Origin: Nitrospinales bacterium
Lineage (GTDB): Bacteria; Nitrospinota; Nitrospinia; Nitrospinales; VA-1
Direction of reading: 5' to 3'
Assembly (NCBI GenBank): GCA_965262115.1
Contig: OZ253496.1
Location: 128,001 to 192,000 of the forward strand
DNA length: 64,000 bases
Shown here: positions 61,647-64,000 of the stretch, piece by piece
How the letters are laid out: the number at the start of each line of letters is the position of its first letter
Position numbering within the stretch: position 1 is the stretch's first letter
Notes under the pieces: model-generated
Databases searched by the model: none
What the model was told of the DNA's origin: nothing
What the model saw: only the letters and a program-made list of their open reading frames with translations
Translations under genes and position numbers: made by a program

Positions 61647-61728
61647 AGCTCCCCGCCCACTAGCCTCGGGGGCAGTAGCCGTGATATTCTTCCTCAACAT
61701 TCCTGCCCCGAAGCAACTGTGTTAAATG

Positions 61729-62679
61729 TCAAGTGCTGGCAATGAGATTTTCATTCCAGAGTGTTTTTGTTTTGATCATGGTATTGATGATCGTTAATAA
61801 CTTTCTCATGCATGCGGTAATGGCAACTTTAAAGGGTTTGCCCTTTTCGATGAGGCGTGTGTAAAAGGTACGAATCACGGGATTATGCTGCATGGCAGTG
61901 ACGGCGGCCATGTATAAAGCGGCACGCACATTGGCGCGGCCGCCCCAGATACACCGGCGGCCCCGGAACTTTCCGCTGTCCCGATTGAGGGGAGCGAGAC
62001 CGATAAGGGCGGCGATTTGCTTCTGATTAAGAACTCCAAGTTCCGGAACCCCGGCCAAGAGGTTGACAGCCAGAACGGGACCGGCACCGGGAACACTTTG
62101 TATAATCTGGTCGTGCTCACGCCAGGCAGAACTGTTTTTGATGGTTCTGGAAAGGTCGCCATCGATTTTTCGCAAGCGTTTTTTAAGAGATTCGATATGC
62201 TCCTTAATGTCTTTACATATCCATTTTGGAGCTTGTTTTAGACGGGTTTTTTCTTTGGTCAGCATCTCGATCAACTGGCGACGGCGTGTCACTAGAGCTG
62301 AGAGTTCAAGAGATTCTTCGTCTTTGATTTTCCTGACCTCAGGACGTATGGCCTTGGCAAAATGGGCCAGCACAAGAGAATCAATGACATCGGTTTTTGC
62401 CAGTTTCCCGGTGGCTTTGGCAAAATCACGAACTTGCCGTGGGTTGACCACGGCTACTGGCAGTCGACCCGCAACCAGGGCCGAAGCCAACGGGATCTCT
62501 AAGCCGCCTGTGGCTTCCAAAACGATCAATGGAGGATTTAAGGCGGATAAACTCTCGACCAAACCAGCAATCCCTTCTTCATTGTTAGCGGTTTGCCAGG
62601 TTTCTTGAGTCATGCTGTCAGCAACATCCAGATGGAGTTTAGAAATATCGATGCCAATAAAATGGGGTTTCTGATTCAT
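61729..62679 (-). CDS. IS110 recombinase
   Basis: 316 aa; differs from copy 1 only at ARAVRP/AKAIRP. Confidence 0.95.
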   Translation of the reverse strand: MNQKPHFIGIDISKLHLDVADSMTQETWQTANNEEGIAGLVESLSALNPPLIVLEATGGLEIPLASALVAGRLPVAVVNPRQVRDFAKATGKLAKTDVIDSLVLAHFAKAIRPEVRKIKDEESLELSALVTRRRQLIEMLTKEKTRLKQAPKWICKDIKEHIESLKKRLRKIDGDLSRTIKNSSAWREHDQIIQSVPGAGPVLAVNLLAGVPELGVLNQKQIAALIGLAPLNRDSGKFRGRRCIWGGRANVRAALYMAAVTAMQHNPVIRTFYTRLIEKGKPFKVAITACMRKLLTIINTMIKTKTLWNENLIAST

Positions 62680-62681
62680 AA

Positions 62682-62891
62682 TTTGGTCTCCCAGCCTTGC
62701 CGATGCGGGCTCAGTGGCCCAGGCAACTGTTCGGGTTAATCAAAATAGGACACAACGATCTGCGCTTCGGGACGGGCTTAAAAGCCCAAGGGGTAAACGA
62801 TCTATTGTGCCCTGAATCAAATCCTGGGAGCTTGTGGAAAACACAAAACCGGCTTCCCACAGGGCTCACAGGTACAACTACTACAAATTCC
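62682..62891 (-). ncRNA. Predicted IS110 bridge RNA (copy 2)
   Basis: Same sequence as 5016-5225. Confidence 0.85.
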
Positions 62892-63055
62892 CCTTATGAA
62901 CAACATACAAGGGGTAAAGATCTGTCTCGGCTGAAAAAGACATGGCTCATTACTAGCGTAGGTTCTCCGCTTGATTATTCTTTCCAAACCCTGATCCTTT
63001 TGATAATTTGAATTCCACGATCAATATTTTTAATAACTTTTAACCTCCAAATAAA

Positions 63056-63607
63056 ATGAAACCAGAAAATTTTGTTTTATACAGTGGCGGTGCCCAGGGT
63101 GCCGAGACCGAGTTCGGTAAACAGGCAGAGAAGGTGGGTGCGCAGGAAGTGACCCTGACTTTTGAAGGGCACAAAATTTTCCGGTCACGGGGGGTGAGGG
63201 TGTTGACCACCGACGAACTGCTGAAAGGGGATGTCAGTCTGGCTTATATTGCCAAGTTGATGAATCGTAAATTTAATACCGGCAAGCTTTTCAAAAAAGT
63301 TTTGCAGAGTATTTGGCATCAAATCAATTGTGCCGAAGAAGTATTTGTGGTGGGAAAAATTCTTGAAGACAATACCGTCAAGGGTGGTACTGGTTGGGGG
63401 GCGGAATTCAGCAAGCTGTGTAACAAGCGCCTACATGTTTTTGATCAGGGGCAGAGCTCATGGTTCAAGTGGAGTGCGAATTCCTGGAAAAAAGAAAAAC
63501 AACCTAAAATAAAATGTAAAAACTTTGCCGGAACCGGGACCCGGTTTCTGAATGCTGATGGTAAAAAAGCCATCAAAGATTTGTTTGAAGTCTCCTTCAA
63601 AAAATAA
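63056..63607 (+). CDS. Hypothetical protein (possible SLOG/Rossmann-like fold)
   Basis: YSGGAQGAE and KGGTGW glycine motifs; the fold assignment is tentative. Confidence 0.65.
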   Translation: MKPENFVLYSGGAQGAETEFGKQAEKVGAQEVTLTFEGHKIFRSRGVRVLTTDELLKGDVSLAYIAKLMNRKFNTGKLFKKVLQSIWHQINCAEEVFVVGKILEDNTVKGGTGWGAEFSKLCNKRLHVFDQGQSSWFKWSANSWKKEKQPKIKCKNFAGTGTRFLNADGKKAIKDLFEVSFKK

Positions 63608-63715
63608 GGGTATTTTAAAAAATTGTTTGGCCATGAGTGGCCCTTAGAAAGTAAGGGCCTGCGAATGGGCTAAGAGAAAATTACTGAATGAATAGAAATC
63701 CCCATTAAAAATACT

Positions 63716-64000
63716 GTGAAATCCCTCCGCGCTGCTTATTTTGATTGTTGTTCTGGTATCAGTGGTGACATGATTCTGGGGGCCTTGGTCGATCTGGGGG
63801 TGGATCCCGGCAAAATCCGCAAGGCCCTCGCGACCCTTGACCTAAAAGGATACCAGCTCCAAACCCGGAAAGTTCAGCGCGGTCGGATCTCAGGCACCAA
63901 GGCCCAGGTCAGCGTAAAAAAATCCTCCCACCCAAAGGCCCGGAAGTATTCTGATATCAAAAAACTGCTTGCCAACTCGGACCTGTCTTCAGCGTCCAAA
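63716..64000 (+). CDS. larC: Nickel pincer cofactor biosynthesis protein LarC (5' part, runs off the window)
   Basis: Manual translation: VKSLRAAYFDCCSGISGDMILGALVDLG. Confidence 0.9.
   Translation, partial: MKSLRAAYFDCCSGISGDMILGALVDLGVDPGKIRKALATLDLKGYQLQTRKVQRGRISGTKAQVSVKKSSHPKARKYSDIKKLLANSDLSSASK

Larger units (their letters stand above)
61712..62911 (-). mobile_element. IS110-family element, copy 2
   Basis: Same length and CT cores as copy 1; only three substitutions noticed by eye. Confidence 0.95.

Overview
Bacterial chromosomal window made mostly of housekeeping genes: mfd, two PpiC/SurA foldases, tilS-ftsH-folP-pdxJ, gap-tpiA-secG-tRNA-Leu, a Rieske/split cytochrome b/octaheme cytochrome c cluster, metF, pgk, rne, ftsEX-envC-ctpA-tsaD, larB, gpsA, aconitase, tRNA-Met, bfd and a partial larC. 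The gene content suggests a Nitrospina-like organism (inference only). Accessory DNA comprises two GC-richer frameshifted autotransporter genes, decayed IS5/IS1106-type elements, an endonuclease pseudogene and a family of mosaic palindromic intergenic repeats. The most striking signal is two near-identical, intact IS110 elements (4046-5245 and 61712-62911, minus strand) whose bridge-RNA code can be read from the sequence. The target-loop guides (TTTACCCCT / CCCGAAG) spell the 14-bp site TTTACCC-CT-TCGGG that is split around both copies. The donor-loop guides match the element's own end junction ACAGTTG-CT-TGTAT. The target is a hairpin inside a small dispersed repeat; one copy of that repeat appears to have inserted into an IS5 transposase gene, giving a three-level nest. 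Empty or mutated versions of the target lie at 250 and 29845. All calls were made by eye from the sequence and ORF track; no searches were run.
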